From Eukaryota sp. TZLM1-RC (Eukaryota > Protista > Metamonada: BaSk clade): a DNA stretch of 64,000 nt. This document shows, piece by piece, positions 25,913 through 40,262 of the stretch; position 1 is the stretch's first letter; each line of letters starts with the position of its first letter. The stretch covers positions 1,674,001 to 1,738,000 of the forward strand of contig JAUPSS010000001.1 of assembly GCA_040285825.1 (NCBI GenBank). The letters run 5' to 3'. Position numbers and translations under genes: made by a program. Below the pieces are notes generated by a model. It saw nothing but the letters and a program-made list of their open reading frames with translations. It made no database searches and was not told the DNA's origin.

Positions 25913-26435
25913 AATGCGACAGAACTCCAAGGAAATTGATGGTGATGTTGATCTCAAAATATGAGTAAATTTTCCAGAATAACAGATTTTGAGGAAAAAG
26001 AATTTCAAATGTTTCTCAATATTTAAATTTTCTATTGATTCTTATTCATTTCCAAATTGAGTCAACAGAGTCGAAAGTTGGCTTTTGACTTCATCAATAT
26101 TTCCGAGATAACAACCCAAAAAACGAAAACCAGACTGATCATAATTGATAAAGGGGACATTGACATCGTTAATGATAAAATCAATTGGTTCATGACCAAT
26201 AATCAAACATTAGGAGATATTCAATGAGAGACCAATATCTTCATAACGCTGTTGAATAAAAGTTGCTATTTGTTTCAGAATTGTAATGGGAGCAATTACA
26301 GAAATGTCATCCATATATGCTACAATATCTATTTCTGGGAACTTTTCTTTCAATTCGCACATTAATGGATGAATTGCCAGACAAAAGAAAAAAGGACCAA
26401 GTGGATCACCTTGTTTAACACCTGAAGACGAAAGC

Positions 26436-26991
26436 TTCTTGGAACCTTTGTTGTCAAATCTGTTTGATGCTGAAAATGATTTTCATAAGAATAATAGAGG
26501 TGATGTCATATTACCTGGATTAGATGGTAGCTTCATTTTATTGGATGTAATGTCTGTTGATCCTTGTAATGCCTCAAATGAAAGGCTTGTTAATTCTGAA
26601 ATTCATAATCCCCTTTCAAATGCTGAAAATTTTAAATTCAAAAAATACAATGAACCTTTGTCCAAATTGGCCAGTCTACAGCATGCAAAATACAATTTGT
26701 ATCCATTTGTATTTTCCCTTTTTGGTTCACTTGCACCAACTGCTTTACGTTTTTTGGATGATTTTGAAATGATTGTAAAGAGAAGAACTGGCAGAAATTT
26801 CAACAGATTGTTTTGGCAAAATAGAATTGTGTTTTCTATTTTTAAGGGGATGTTGAAGATGGTTTCTGATGCTTTGCTTTCTCTTGGATCTCACTATGAG
26901 AGAGTTGCATATAGTGTTTTTGTTTTGGGAGAGATGGATTTTTTAGATGTTGATTTATAGGTTTAGAATAAAATTAAATTTTAAAAAAAAA
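26436..26991 (+). mobile_element. Family B element, 5'-truncated, inserted in F
   Basis: TSD GAAGACGAAAGC at 26424-26435 and 26992-27003. Confidence 0.93.
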
Positions 26992-28189
26992 GAAGACGAA
27001 AGCAGGTCAAAATTTTCATAGACCAATGTGGATGATTTTCCATAAAATGAATAGAAAAAAGGCTCAACTTCAGGAAAATGCTTTTGCAGCAAAGGTAAAA
27101 TGGAAGAACGAGATATAGAATTGAAAGCATTCTTAAAATCTAAATTGAAGATGTAATTAGAATCACTAGAATTGAAAAACACATCCGACGAATGAGCAGC
27201 AGAAGAAGCACCATCAATTGTCTTGATTCCAAATTGAAACGGACTGAAAAATTCCTTGGCTTTTTTTCCAATTCTATTGAAAACAAGAGACGCAAGAATT
27301 CTTGAAAAAGATTCTCCAATTGCAATTGGACGGATTTTGGATTGACTTTTTTTAAGGGCAATTAAGCGAGCACTGGTCATCTCAAAAGGGACTTTAATTT
27401 TTAACGTAAGAAGATTGTTGAAAAAAAGAACAAGATCGTCAGCAATTTCAGGACACTGTCCAACAGCTGATTTGATCATGTCAAAATTCAACAAAGATGG
27501 CCCAGGAGCTTTTCCAGTAGGCATTTGCTGAATCAGTTTCAATACCTCAGAAGCATTGACAGGATTTTGCAGCCAATAATCAACTGAATCTGGTTTAGTA
27601 CAATGAAAATTTTCTTCCGGATGAAGATGATTCAATTGGAACAATGTGCTTTCATTACATTCAGCTAAATCAGAAGAAAATAAACATTGTTTTGCAGATC
27701 CAAAACGTCCTTTTAAAGCTAATTTTCTCACTAATTTTTCTTTCGAAAAAACATTTTTTTAAAATTTGATTTTTTTCGATAAAAGTTTTTATCTTTTTCA
27801 GAAAAAATTTCCAAATAGGCGTAACATCCCATAATCCTTTACGGAGATTTTCAGTAAAGGCACGAAGAACAACAGCAAAAGGTATCGAAGCCAACGGACT
27901 AAGCTGAGCAGGAACACGAATGGGACAACGTAGCTGATCAGCAGCAACACAGGAATCACAAAAAAGTAAAGGTCGACCGGAATCATTGACAGCAACAAGC
28001 TTTCGACAAAAAACACATTTTTTTTCATCCTTTTGATCTTCTTTGATAGGAGTGTTATCGGGAATCTCACTTAAAAATTCATTTTTAGGATTGTGTGATA
28101 ACGAAAAATTTAAATCAGCAGTTGCAGCACGAGCATTCAGTTTTTCCTTTTGAATAAGCGGACAAGTTGCAATGTTATGTCCGGATTTT

Positions 28190-30325
28190 TTTTTAAATTA
28201 ATTTTATTTTATTGTTAAACCACAGTCTAAAAGTCAATATCTTCAAAACAAGCTTCCACACCATCAAACCTTACAGCAGCAATGTTTTCATAATGTGCAC
28301 TGACAGACATTAAAGCTTTCGAAATCAATTTAGGAATTGATTTGAAAATAGTAAAAACAATACGATTTAGCCGCAAGCGACGATCAAAACGCTTATTCAT
28401 TCTTTTTTTCACAAGATTTTCAAAATCATCAATAAAATTCAATGCAGTTTTTCCAAGACGACCATACAACGATATAGCAAATGGGCAAATTTGGTAATCT
28501 ACATGGCGAACATGTTTCAATTCTTTTAAAGGATTTGCATACTTTTTCCGTTTGTACAATTCGGAGTCATCAAGGGGGGATACTTCGGATTGAGCATTTT
28601 TCAAGGCATTTTTCTTGCAAACATCCACTGTTACGACATCAACAACATTCATGACATCATCAAACGAGGGCACAACAACATCAGCACGTCGTTTTCCATA
28701 TTCTGAATCTCTTACGCTTTCATTTATATCAAGAGACCTCAACAAAGGTTCTACAAAAGATTCAATATGATAGGAATTACACATTGCATGGATTTGATCT
28801 CTGACTGCATCATGCAACGTAGAACGATAGGAAATATATCTATTACAATTAAATAAATGTGATAATGTCAAACCAGCTCCACATTTACAAAACAAATCAT
28901 TGGGCAAATTACAAGGCCATAAATAACAACGCATTCTCATAGCAGTGGTCCATTGGTCGTCATTCAAAAATAGACCATAAATCTGGGGAATTTGATTTAT
29001 CAAAACTGCAGATGAACTGTCCTTCAAATCAATCAAAAAATTGGCAAAAGCAGGATTTTCTTTCTCAGCCGTGCTAAGTCGAACAATAAAATCCTTGTTT
29101 TCAAAATTTTTCAAAAGCTGTCGTTGGAGCTTTTTCAACGCAAATTTTAATGAATATAAACTTCTGTCTGGAATTTCTTGAATGGATATGGGGAAACATG
29201 ATTGCCATAAGTCGGGAGATAAACTGGATATTTCTTCTCTTAAGTTATCCAGGAATATGCTATTTGTATTTTCAAGAAGATTTTCGGCAAAGGATATCTT
29301 CTAGAGAATTCAAATACAAAATTTTTCCACCACCAATAAATGCAGCTTTGGTCAAATATTTTGATGAATTGAATCCAACACCGCCAAGTTGAACATCAGA
29401 AAAAATATGATTTTTCAAAATTGATGGATCAACAGACATTAAATAAGCCAAAAATTGGGTACGTATTTTGTTAAATTGTCTACAAAAATTGTAAGTTAGG
29501 GATGGAGGTAATGATCGCAGTAAATGAGTAATTTTTCCAGCATAACAAATTTTCAAAAGAAAAATCTTAAGATGTTTTTCCAATTCAAGAGTCTTTATGA
29601 CTTCTAGCTCTTTTTTAATTGAATTTAAATAATTTTCAAGGCTGTCAAGTGTCTTTTCGGCGGAACCTAAATAGCAACCCAGAAAGCAGAAACTAGTTGA
29701 AGTATAATCAATATATGGAACTTCGAGGGAATTAATTATTAACTTAACATTTTTCCTAGAAATACAAAAACATTTTTGAACATTCAAATCAAGACCTATG
29801 GATTGGTATAATGTAGCAGCTTCATTAGCAACCCTATTAATTGTACTTTCTGGACCAATACAAGAAATGTCATCCATGTAAGCTACCACTTGAAGATCAG
29901 AATTTTCTTCTTTTAATTTTTTCAAAATTGGGTGAATTGCAAGACAAAAAAAGAAAGGACCTAATGGGTCTCCTTGTTTAACTCCTGATAAAGAATCCAG
30001 ATTAAAAGAATTAAAAATTAAATCAGATGAATTACCATAAAACCTATAAAAAAAGGTTTCGAGTTCAGGAAAATTTGATTTGATTTCTTTCCAAATTGAA
30101 TCTCTTTTCACTGAATTGAAAGCATTTTTGAAATCAAGATTAAAAATGCAACTATTTTCGTCACAATTGAAAAACAGATCAGATGTCAAAGCTGCAACTG
30201 AAGCTCCATCTATGGTTTTGATTCCATGTTGGAATGGAGAAAAGTATTCTTTAGCTTTTGTTGAAACTCGATTAAAAATTACTGAAGACATCAAGCGATA
30301 AATGGCTTCACCAATGGCAATATGG
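28190..30325 (-). mobile_element. Family A element, 5'-truncated, inserted in the F zinc knuckle
   Basis: ORFs 29272-30342 and 28227-29138; TSD GTCCGGATTTT at 28179-28189 and 30326-30336. Confidence 0.92.
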
Positions 30326-33300
30326 GTCCGGATTTTCGACATTTACTACATTTGCGGCGGGGTTTAGAAAAATTTTCATTTAAATTTTTTTCCAATGATT
30401 TTCTAGCATGGAGTGACAGGTGGGGAGAATGAGAACGATTGGTGGTTGAGGAGGTTGGTTTGTCAAGATCACGTTCGGTACTTTTTGCAGTCCAGTCAGT
30501 ACCACTGAGAGTGTCGGACATTAAGACTGGAGGAATTCAATCGAACCGACAATAGGACGTCAAGTTAAGAAAAAGGAGGACGTTGAAAGTGAGTGAGAAA
30601 AAAAAGAAGTAAATGAATCTTTAATTCGAAGCCATGTATTTTGTTCAGCAGATTTGGGTGGAATTGGATTCACCAAATCTTCGATTCTGTGTAAAGCAGC
30701 ATTTTTGGGAGGTGGTAAAAATTTTGTTTTTGAATTTTTCCAAAGGTTCCCTTTTGATGTTCATCTGATCAATGGTGAATCCAATTTTTACTTGAATCAA
30801 CTGCAATTTGAATTAGAAAATTTGCCTAGTGATATCTGGATTCAGTGTTTTCCTCAAAATGTTCAAGAAATTCCCACCCGATCACTTCCAAATTTACGTT
30901 TTTGCTTGAAAAAGCTTCAGCACCATCTGGTTAAATTATATGAAGGCTTGGATTATGAAGTAAGACCTGGCTTGGCCAAAACTAAAAATCCCGCTTTCGG
31001 TAATTTTTTAAAGGATATTCGTGATAGTTCAGCTGCTGCTTTAGTAACTCAAGTTTCCTCTGTTTATGGACTTTTGTTAAAAGACAATGAATGGCTTCTA
31101 AACATGCGTTTTCGTTGTTTTCTGTGGCCAAACAATTTGCCCAATCATTTAACTTGTAAATGTGGTAAACCTCTTTTGTTTACTCATCTTTTGAACTGTA
31201 AACATTTCATTACGTTTAGAAGCAAAGTGCATAATAACGTCAGGGACCAAATTTATGTAATGTGCAAATCATATCGAGTAGATTCCTTTTTAGAACCGCT
31301 GTTATCAAAATTAATTCTTGATGATCCCAATATTGATAGTACGCGTTACAACAGAGCTTCTATGGGTCTGACTAGAGGTGATCTAGTTGTTCCTGGTTTA
31401 AATGGTAGTTTTACTATTTTGGACGCCATGTCTATTGACCCTTGTAATTCCTCTAACGAACATTTCATTAACTCGGATGTAAATAATCCTCTTCTCGCAG
31501 GCGAAAAATATAAAATTGCTAAACATGCGAAACCCATTTCCTCGATTAATGAAAATTCTCATGCCCGATATAATTTATGTCCATTTGTTTTTTCTTTGCT
31601 TGGATCTCTAGGTAAGGCTGCTATGGCTTTCATTGAGGATTTTGTTGTATTTAAAAGGAAAGAACTGGAAGAATTTTCAATAGTGTTTACTGGCAAAACA
31701 GGATTGTATTTTCTATTTTTAAGGGAATGGTAACACTAATTTCTGATTCACTATCTTCTTTTGGGAAATTTTCTGAATCTTTAGCGATTAATTGTTTTGA
31801 TGTAGGGGAGGCAGGTTTTGAGGATGTGGAGTTTCAATTGTGTATTTCATATTTGTTGTTGAATAAAAATATATACTTTAAAAAAAACTTTTTACGCTTT
31901 TTGAAAGTTTTAGAAAACTTTTTTTTCATTAAAATTTTAATTTATTTTCAAAACCACAGTCTAAAAGTCAATATCTGTTGATATATTTATTGAATTTGCA
32001 CACTTGATTAAATTAAATCATAACTAATGGGACGACTATCATTAAACCAAGATTTCCTCTACAAAATCTTGATTTGTTTGCTGTCTAGCTAAAGCTTCTC
32101 TAATTCGATTGAAAAACCGCGGTAATCTATTAATAATGGCAAATTGAATCCGTGAACGCCATAAAAAAATATCAAATCTTTTCATTGTTTTTTCTTTCAC
32201 CATTTTTTGGAAGTCATTCAAAAAAGTTTCTGCTTCAACTGATAATCTTCCATTTATCGAAAATGGGAAAGCAATAAAAACCAGATGTGTATTTCTATCG
32301 ACATTTGCATCTTCAATTTCTTTATCATATTTTCTATGTTTTTCTTTTGCTTTAAAATCCAGAGCAGCCACAGGATTAAGTTTTCTTCTGTGAACCAAAG
32401 TATCGTTTGCAACATTACATGAGACAAAGTCAACAATAGCTTCAGAATTATCAATCCAATTACAGTATACATCACCTCTATCATCAGAACCAAAATTATT
32501 CAGAGAAAGTGTTTCCTGCAGCAGGGGCTCTTTGATACACGATATCCTTGCAGTTTGTGCCATATTGAAAACAGTGTCTCTAACAGCATCATGTAATGAA
32601 GAACGATAAGTTATCAATTTAGAGCAATTTAGAGCATGGCGCAAAGTGAGTTGAGGTGAATTCGAACAAATACATTTTTCTTTTGATAATAATTGGTTAA
32701 TGGGGATGTTCAAATATAATCTCATTTTTGTTACAAATGCTTCATTAGTGGCACACAATCCAAATCTTCGTGGTACAATGGTTACAAAAAGTGAAGAATC
32801 TGACGCCTTGTTTTCACAAACACCCTTTTCCAATAACAACGAGTGAAGATCTTGATTTAAAACAGCCGAGCTGCAAATATTATTATAAAGATCTTTTTCA
32901 TACATTCCAGTCAATCTTTTCTGTAATGTTCGAAGAGTGTACTTCAAATTTAAAACATTTTTTTCTGGAATATTGCCATTGAATGATTGGGGAAAACATC
33001 GACCCCATTTTTCTACATCAATTCTTGAAATTTCTTCATTTAATGCAAAAACAGTGGAACTTTGCGTTGTCATCAATAAATCTTCCCAATCTGCAAATCT
33101 TTCGGAAAACTCAAAGATTGCATTTCTGCATCCACCAACAAAAGCACACGAGGTAAGAATAGAAGCCTTCGTCCACCCTAAACCACCATAATGTGGACTA
33201 AGGTAAGCATGATCTGGAATTTGAAACATTTTACATCCCAGTAATTGCGACAGAACTTTTGCACGTAACTCATTAAACTTTTGAGCCAAAGGTCTAGTGA

Positions 33301-33439
33301 CAAGAGGATTTGTAGATCGAAAGACATGATTAAAATTGGAACTAAAACACAGTCTTATAATGGTAAATTTGATGTGTTTTTTATATCTAAATTCATCATT
33401 CGGTCAATTTTGTCAGAAATTGAGTTCAACTTTTCAAAC

Positions 33440-35371
33440 TCGACTTTAAAAATGCTTTTAATTCTGTAAAGCGAGAAGCAATTTTTGAAGTTATTAAATC
33501 TGATTTTCCTGAGCTATCGAGTTTTTTCTACCATTTTTATGGGAAAGAATCAGATTTAATTTTTAATTCATTTGGTCTTAAATCATCTTCTGGAGTGAAG
33601 CAGGGAGATCTTTTAGGCCCATTATTGTTTTGTTTAGCTATTCACAAAACTTTAAATATCATTAAGCAAAAATACCCTTCTATAAAAATAGTTGCTTATA
33701 TGGATGATATATCCTTGATTGGTTCATTTGATTTACTAGAATTGGTTGCTCAAGAAATTGCCGATTCATATGAAAATATTGGGCTTCATCTTAATGCCAG
33801 CAAATGCCTTCTGATTGGCTCTTCTGCTCAAGACCTCGTGATAAACGATTCTATTGTCCCTTTTACTAATTATAGTAGTGATGCTTTTAAGTTCCTTGGT
33901 TGTTGGTTAGGAAATGTGCCTCAAATTCAGAATGAATTGCAAGTTATTTTGGAAAAAATGAAAATTGAACTTGATTCAATTTCTTCTTTAGATATAGAAA
34001 AGCATATTAAATTTTTCATGCTTAAAATTTGCTACACTGGGAGAATAACCCACATTTTGAGATCTTGTGCTCCTTCCATAGCATTAGATTTTTGTCGTTC
34101 ATTCAATTCATTGAGAACAGAATTTTTTGCTGATTTATTGGATGTAGAACCAGGAATGTTGAAAAGTCACTTATTTTCTTCAGCAAATTTGGGGGTATTG
34201 GATTTACTAAATCTTCAATTTTGTGTCAATCAGCATTCTTGGGTGGTGGCAAAATTTTATTTATGAATTTTCTCGTAGATTTCCTGATGATTCTCATCTG
34301 TTAGTCCCCAATTGTAGTCCCTATTTGTATGAGTTATCTTGTGAACTTGAAAAATTACCACCACAAATTTGGACCAAATGTTTTCCTCAATCAATTCAAG
34401 AAATTCCAAACCGATCTCTATTTAATTTACAGTTTTGCTGTAAAAAGCTTCAACAAAAATTGTCAAAGATTTTTGAAAGCTTGGATTTTGATGTTAGACT
34501 TGGCTTGGCCAAGAAAAAGAATCCCGCTTTTGCAAATCTTTTACAAGATATGTGTGACAGTACTTCTTCTGCCTTAGTAACAACAATTCCACAAGTTTAT
34601 GGTACTCTCTTATCCGATTCTGTTTGGACTCTGAATATGAGATTTCGTTCCTTTATCTGGCCTGATAATTTACCTCATAATTTAATTTGTAAATGTTCTC
34701 GAGAAATTACAACTACTCATTTGTTAAGTTGTAAACATTTTATTACTTTTAGAAGCAAGGTTCATGATGCTGTAAGAGACCAGTTATATTGTATGTGTAA
34801 ATCTCATAGAATTGAATCCTTCTTGGAACCTCTGTTGTCAAATTTGTTTGATGCTGAAAATGATTTTCATAAGAATAATAGAGGTGATGTCATATTACCT
34901 GGATTAGATGGAAGCTTCATTTTATTGGATGTAATGTCTGTTGATCCTTGTAATGCCTCAAATGAAAGGCTTGTTAATTCTGAAATTCATAATCCCCTTT
35001 CAAATGCTGAAAATTTTAAATTCAAAAATACAATGAACCTTTGTCCAAATTGGCCAGTCTACAGCATGCAAAATACAATTTGTATCCATTTGTATTTTCC
35101 CTTTTTGGTTCACTTGCACCAACTGCTTTACGTTTTTGGATAATTTTGAAATGATTGTAAAGAGAAGAACTGGCAGAAATTTCAACAGATTGTTTTGGCA
35201 AAATAGAATTGTGTTTTCTATTTTTAAGGGGATGTTGAAGATGGTTTCTGATGCTTTGCTTTCTCTTGGATCTCACTATGAGAGAGTTGCATCTAGTGTT
35301 TTTGTTGTGGGAGAGATGGATTTTTTTAGATGTTGATTTATAGGTTTAGAATAAAATTAAATTTAAAAAAA
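33440..35371 (+). mobile_element. Family B element, 5'-truncated, inserted in C
   Basis: TSD AACTTTTCAAAC at 33428-33439 and 35372-35383. Confidence 0.92.
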
Positions 35372-35534
35372 AACTTTTCAAACAATTTTTTGGTAATTTC
35401 ATCATTATTTCCTAAAAACGAACCCAAATGACGAATAGCATCAATTGAATATAATTTGGCTTGAATTTCAATATCATCAATTATTGTGGAAACTGGAGAA
35501 TTCGATAACAAAAACACATTTAAGTAAATTAAGT

Positions 35535-37178
35535 TTTTTTTTGTTTTTTTTAAAATTTAATTTTATTCTAAACCTATAAATCAACATCTAAAAAATCCAT
35601 CTCTCCCAAAACAAAAACACTAGATGCAACTCTCTCATAGTGAGATCCAAGAGAAAGCAAAGCATCAGAAACCATCTTCAACATCCCCTTAAAAATAGAA
35701 AACACAATTCTATTTTGCCAAAACAATCTGTTGAAATTTCTGCCAGTTCTTCTCTTTACAATCATTTCAAAAATCATCCAAAAACGTAAAGCAGTTGGTG
35801 CAAGTGAACCAAAAAGGGAAAATACAAATGGATACAAATTGTATTTTGCATGCTGTAGACTGGCCAATTTGGACAAAGGTTCATTGTATTTTTGAATTTA
35901 AAATTTTCAGCATTTGAAAGGGGATTATGAATTTCAGAATTAACAAGCCTTTCATTTGAGGCATTACAAGGATCAACAGACATTACATCCAATAAAATGA
36001 AGCTTCCATCTAATCCAGGTAATATGACATCACCTCTATTATTCTTATGAAAATCATTTTCAGCATCAAACAGATTTGACAACAAAGGTTCCAAGAAGGA
36101 TTCAATTCTATGAGATTTACACATACAATATAACTGGTCTCTTACAGCATCATGAACCTTGCTTCTAAAAGTAATAAAATGTTTACAATTTAACAAATGA
36201 GTAGTTGTAATTTCTCGAGAACATTTACAAATTAAATTATGAGGTAAATTATCAGGCCAGATAAAGGAACGAAATCTCATATTCAGAGTCCAAGCAGAAT
36301 CGGATAAGAGAGTACCATAAACTTGTGGAATTGTTGTTACTAAGGCAGAAGAAGTACTGTCACACATATCTTGTAAAAGATTTGCAAAAGCGGGATTCTT
36401 TTTCTTGGCCAAGCCAAGTCTAACATCAAAATCCAAGCTTTCAAAAATCTTTGACAATTTTTGTTGAAGCTTTTTACAGCAAAACTGTAAATTAAATAGA
36501 GATCGGTTTGGAATTTCTTGAATTGATTGAGGAAAACATTTGGTCCAAATTTGTGGCGGTAATTTTTCAAGTTCACAAGATAACTCATACAAATAGGGAC
36601 TACAATTGGGGACTAACAGATGAGAATCATCAGGAAATCTACGAGAAAATTCATAAATAAAATTTTGCCACCACCCAAGAATGCTGATTGACACAAAATT
36701 GAAGATTTAGTAAAACCAATACCACCCAAATTTGCTGAAGAAAATAAATGGCTTTTCAACATTCCTGGTTCTACATCCAATAAATCAGCAAAAATTCTGT
36801 TCTCAATGAATTAAAAGAACGACAAAAATCTAATGCTATGGAAGGAGCACAAGATCTCAAAATGTGGGTTATTCTCCCAGTGTAGCAAATTTTAAGCATG
36901 AAAAATTTAATATGCTTTTCTATATCTAAAGAAGAAATTGAATCAAGTTCAATTTTCATTTTTTCCAAAATAACTTGCAATTCATTCTGAATTTGAGGCA
37001 CATTTCCTAACCAACAACCAAGGAACTTAAAAGCATCACTACTATAATTAGTAAAAGGGACAATAGAATCGTTTATCACGAGGTCTTGAGCAGAAGAGCC
37101 AATCAGAAGGCATTTGCTGGCATTAAGATGAAGCCCAATATTTTCATATGAATCGGCAATTTCTTGAGCAACCAATTC
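35535..37178 (-). mobile_element. Family B element, 5'-truncated, inserted in C
   Basis: TSD TAAGTAAATTAAGT at 35521-35534 and 37179-37192. Confidence 0.92.
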
Positions 37179-37285
37179 TAAGTAAATTAAGTCGGAGACC
37201 AATTTTGGTAAATAATTCTTTAAAACATACAGTTGCTTTTTTCACAATATTTAATTCACCAATAAGCACAACATCATCCATATAT

Positions 37286-37421
37286 TAATTAATTTATTGA
37301 ATTTGCACACTTGATTAAATTAAATCATAACTAATGGGACGACTATCATTAAACCAAGATTTCCTCTACAAAATCTTGATTTGCTTGCTGTCTAGCTAAA
37401 GCTTCTCTAATTCGATTGAAA
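37286..37421 (-). mobile_element. 136-bp family C 3' end inserted into the YMDD codons of another C
   Basis: TSD ATCCATATAT at 37276-37285 and 37422-37431. Confidence 0.88.
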
Positions 37422-40262
37422 ATCCATATATGCAATCATTTTTAGTGAAGGAAACATCTCTTGAATTTGCAGTAGAATAGGATGAATGGCCAAACAAAAC
37501 AAAAGAGGTCCTAACGGATCTCCTTGCTTTACGCCACTTGATGAACTCAAAATGTTGTTACCAAAATGTAAATTAGAATATGTGCAATATGTTGATTGAA
37601 AATATGGTATTAATTCCGACATATATTGCAATAGAGCACCATGGATACTGCGACGACTTAGCGAATTGAAAGCATTACTAAAATCCAATGACATGCAAAC
37701 ATTGGATTCATTTTGACGAAATAAGACATCAGTAGCAAAAATCGCTGAAGAGACTCCATCTGTAGTATTTATACCATATTGAAAGGGTAATAAAATCTTT
37801 TTAGCTTTTTCATTGAACCTGCTTAAGCAACACGCAGAAAAAATATTGTGTAAGCTCTCAGAGACTGCAATAGGACGAACATCCATTTTTGAATTTTTGA
37901 CAAGTGCAGTCAAACGAGAACTTCTTAATTCTTCTGGGTATTTGCGTTGACCAGATAATATTTGGTTGAAAAATTTGGTCAATAAACCAAGGCAATCTTC
38001 TGAAGAAATAATCGCGGCTTTTACATGATCAATAGTAATATTAGAAAGTCCGGCAGACTTACCACGAGGTCTCTTTTTGATAACCGAAAAAACTTCTGAT
38101 GGCATCAATGGATAATTTTCCCAGTATGTGCCGTAAAAATTTTGATCCATTATAGGGTCTTCATAAGGATGAAGTATTTTCAGTTTATCTATTGTATTTT
38201 CATTGTTCGGTGCTTTGACTCCGGGACTTAAAGCTGACAAAGCCTTGGACCATTTGTTGTCAAAGCATTTGTCTTCAAAAATTTTACTTAATTTCTCAGA
38301 TGACTGATTTCTCGGTGCTATATTAGTTAAATCTTCGGAAATATTAACGAAATTTTGTTCAAAAGGAGGACAAAAAGAACCAAAAAATTCCCAAATAATA
38401 TTGATAGCATACTTTCCTTTACATAATTGATCCAAAAATCTTTGAAAAACGAAAGCAAATTCATTGCATTTGGTCGGATGAATTTCTTGAGGTATTCTTA
38501 TAGGAGGATGGTAGTTATCAACTATGCGGCATTTCAAGCAGCGATCAGAAGTTTTTCCTTTTGCATTTTTTCTAAAAGAAATACCACAAGTGTTGCAAGT
38601 TTTGTGCTTCAATCGATTGCTAACTGGTTTTGCAACAACTTGTGTAGCATTATTTATGGGTTCTACCTTAGACTCTTTCCTTATAAATTTTCTTTTACAT
38701 TTTGTTTCAGAATTTGCCGCATCATTTTTTCCAACATTGGGGCATGTTCGAGCATTATGTCCCTGTTGTCGACACTTTGAGCATCTGTAGGAGCGTGGCT
38801 TTGTTTTTGAACAAACTTTTTTTTCATCGTGATTGTCTAAAAATTCTTGATCAGAATTTTTTTTGTCCAAAAATGAAGAGAGAAGAGGTTGAGGAGGAGA
38901 GGTGGAAAGGACGTCTTGAGCATCTTGTTGACTATCGTTCTTTCTTTTGACTCCATTAGAATCAGAAACTGATTCAGGCATCAACAAGAAAGAATAGAAG
39001 CAATGATCTCGGTTCAGCCAGGTTTTAAGTTAAACGGTTATATGTAGAGGAAGAAAAAAAAAGTCAATATCTTCAAAACAAGCTTCCACACCATTAAACC
39101 TTACAGCAGCAATGTTTTCATAATGTGCACTGACAGACATTAAAGCTTTCGAAATCATTTTAGGAATTGATTTGAAAATAGTAAAAACAATACGATTTAG
39201 CCACAAGCGACGATCAAAACGCTTATTCATTCTTTTTTTCACAAGATTTTCAAAATCATCAATAAAATTCAAAGCAGTTTTTCCAAGACGACCATACAAC
39301 GATATAGCAAATGGGAAAAATTGGTAATCTACATGGCGAACATGTTTCAATTCTTTTAAAGGATTTGCATACTTTTTCCGTTTGTACAATTCGGAGTCAT
39401 CAAGGGGGGATACTTCGGATTGAGCATTTTTCAAGGCATTTTCCTTGCATACATCCACTGTTACGACATCAACAACATTCATGACATCATCAAACGAGGG
39501 CACAACAACATCAGCACGTCGTTTTCCATATTCTGAATCTCTTACGCTTTCATTTATATCCAGAGACCTCAACAAAGGTTCTACAAAAGATTCAATAGAA
39601 GTCATAAAGACTCTTGAATTGGAAAAACATCTTAAGTTTTTTCTTTTGAAAATTTGTTATGCTGGAAAAATTACTCATTTACTACGATCATTACCTCCAT
39701 CCCTAACTTACAATTTTTGTAGACAATTTAACAAAATACGTACCCAATTTTTGGCTTATTTAATGTCTGTTGATCCATCAATTTTGAAAAATCATATTTT
39801 TTCTGATGTTCAACTTGGCGGTGTTGGATTCAATTCATCAAAATATTTGACCAAAGCTGCATTTATTGGTGGTGGAAAAAATTTTGTATTTGAATTCTCT
39901 AGAAGATATCCTTTGCCGAAAATCTTCTTGAAAATACAAATAGCATATTCCTGGATAACTTAAGAGAAGAAATATCCAGTTTATCTCCCGACTTATGGCA
40001 ATCATGTTTCCCCATATCCATTCAAGAAATTCCAGACAGAAGTTTATATTCATTAAAATTTGCGTTGAAAAAGCTCCAACGACATCTTTTGAAAAATTTT
40101 GAAAACAAGGATTTTATTGTTCGACTTAGCACGGCTAAGAAAGAAAATCCTGCTTTTGCCAATTTTTTGATTGATTTGAAGGACAGTTCATCTGCAGTTT
40201 TGATAAATCAAATTCCCCAGATTTATGGTCTATTTTTGAATGACGACCAATGGACCACTGCT

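Larger units (their letters stand above)
11376..30604 (-). mobile_element. Family F element, originally full length (pieces 30326-30604, 26992-28189, 25910-26435, 23886-24246 now inverted, 11376-12472)
   Basis: 5' oligo(T) end at ~30605, ATG 30521, poly(A) end at 11376; TSD AGAAGT at 11370-11375 and 30605-30610; CSKCRKSG|HNIATCP rejoins across an A insertion. Confidence 0.82.
10926..31886 (+). mobile_element. Family G element, 5'-truncated (pieces 10926-11375 and 30605-31886), split by ~19 kb of nested material
   Basis: TSD ACTTTTTACGC at 10915-10925 and 31887-31897; protein reads through FFSSLLEV|NESLIRSHVFCSADLGG. Confidence 0.88.
31977..39062 (-). mobile_element. Family C full-length element with three nested insertions
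   Basis: 5' T9-CTTCCTCT at 39062, ATG 38981, ORFs 37407-38987 and 32042-33289 (..FVEEILV); TSD 31963-31976 / 39059-39072. Confidence 0.9.
31919..39597 (-). mobile_element. Family A 3' portion (31919-31976 + 39063-39597) split by a full-length C
   Basis: Pieces rejoin across TSD (AAAA)GTCAATATCT. Confidence 0.85.

Noticed and set aside
39063-40262. Twin-priming 5' inversion at the A(-)/A(+) junction 39597
   Set aside because: The plus-strand part continues to its own 3' end and has different SNPs, so these are two elements joined head to head
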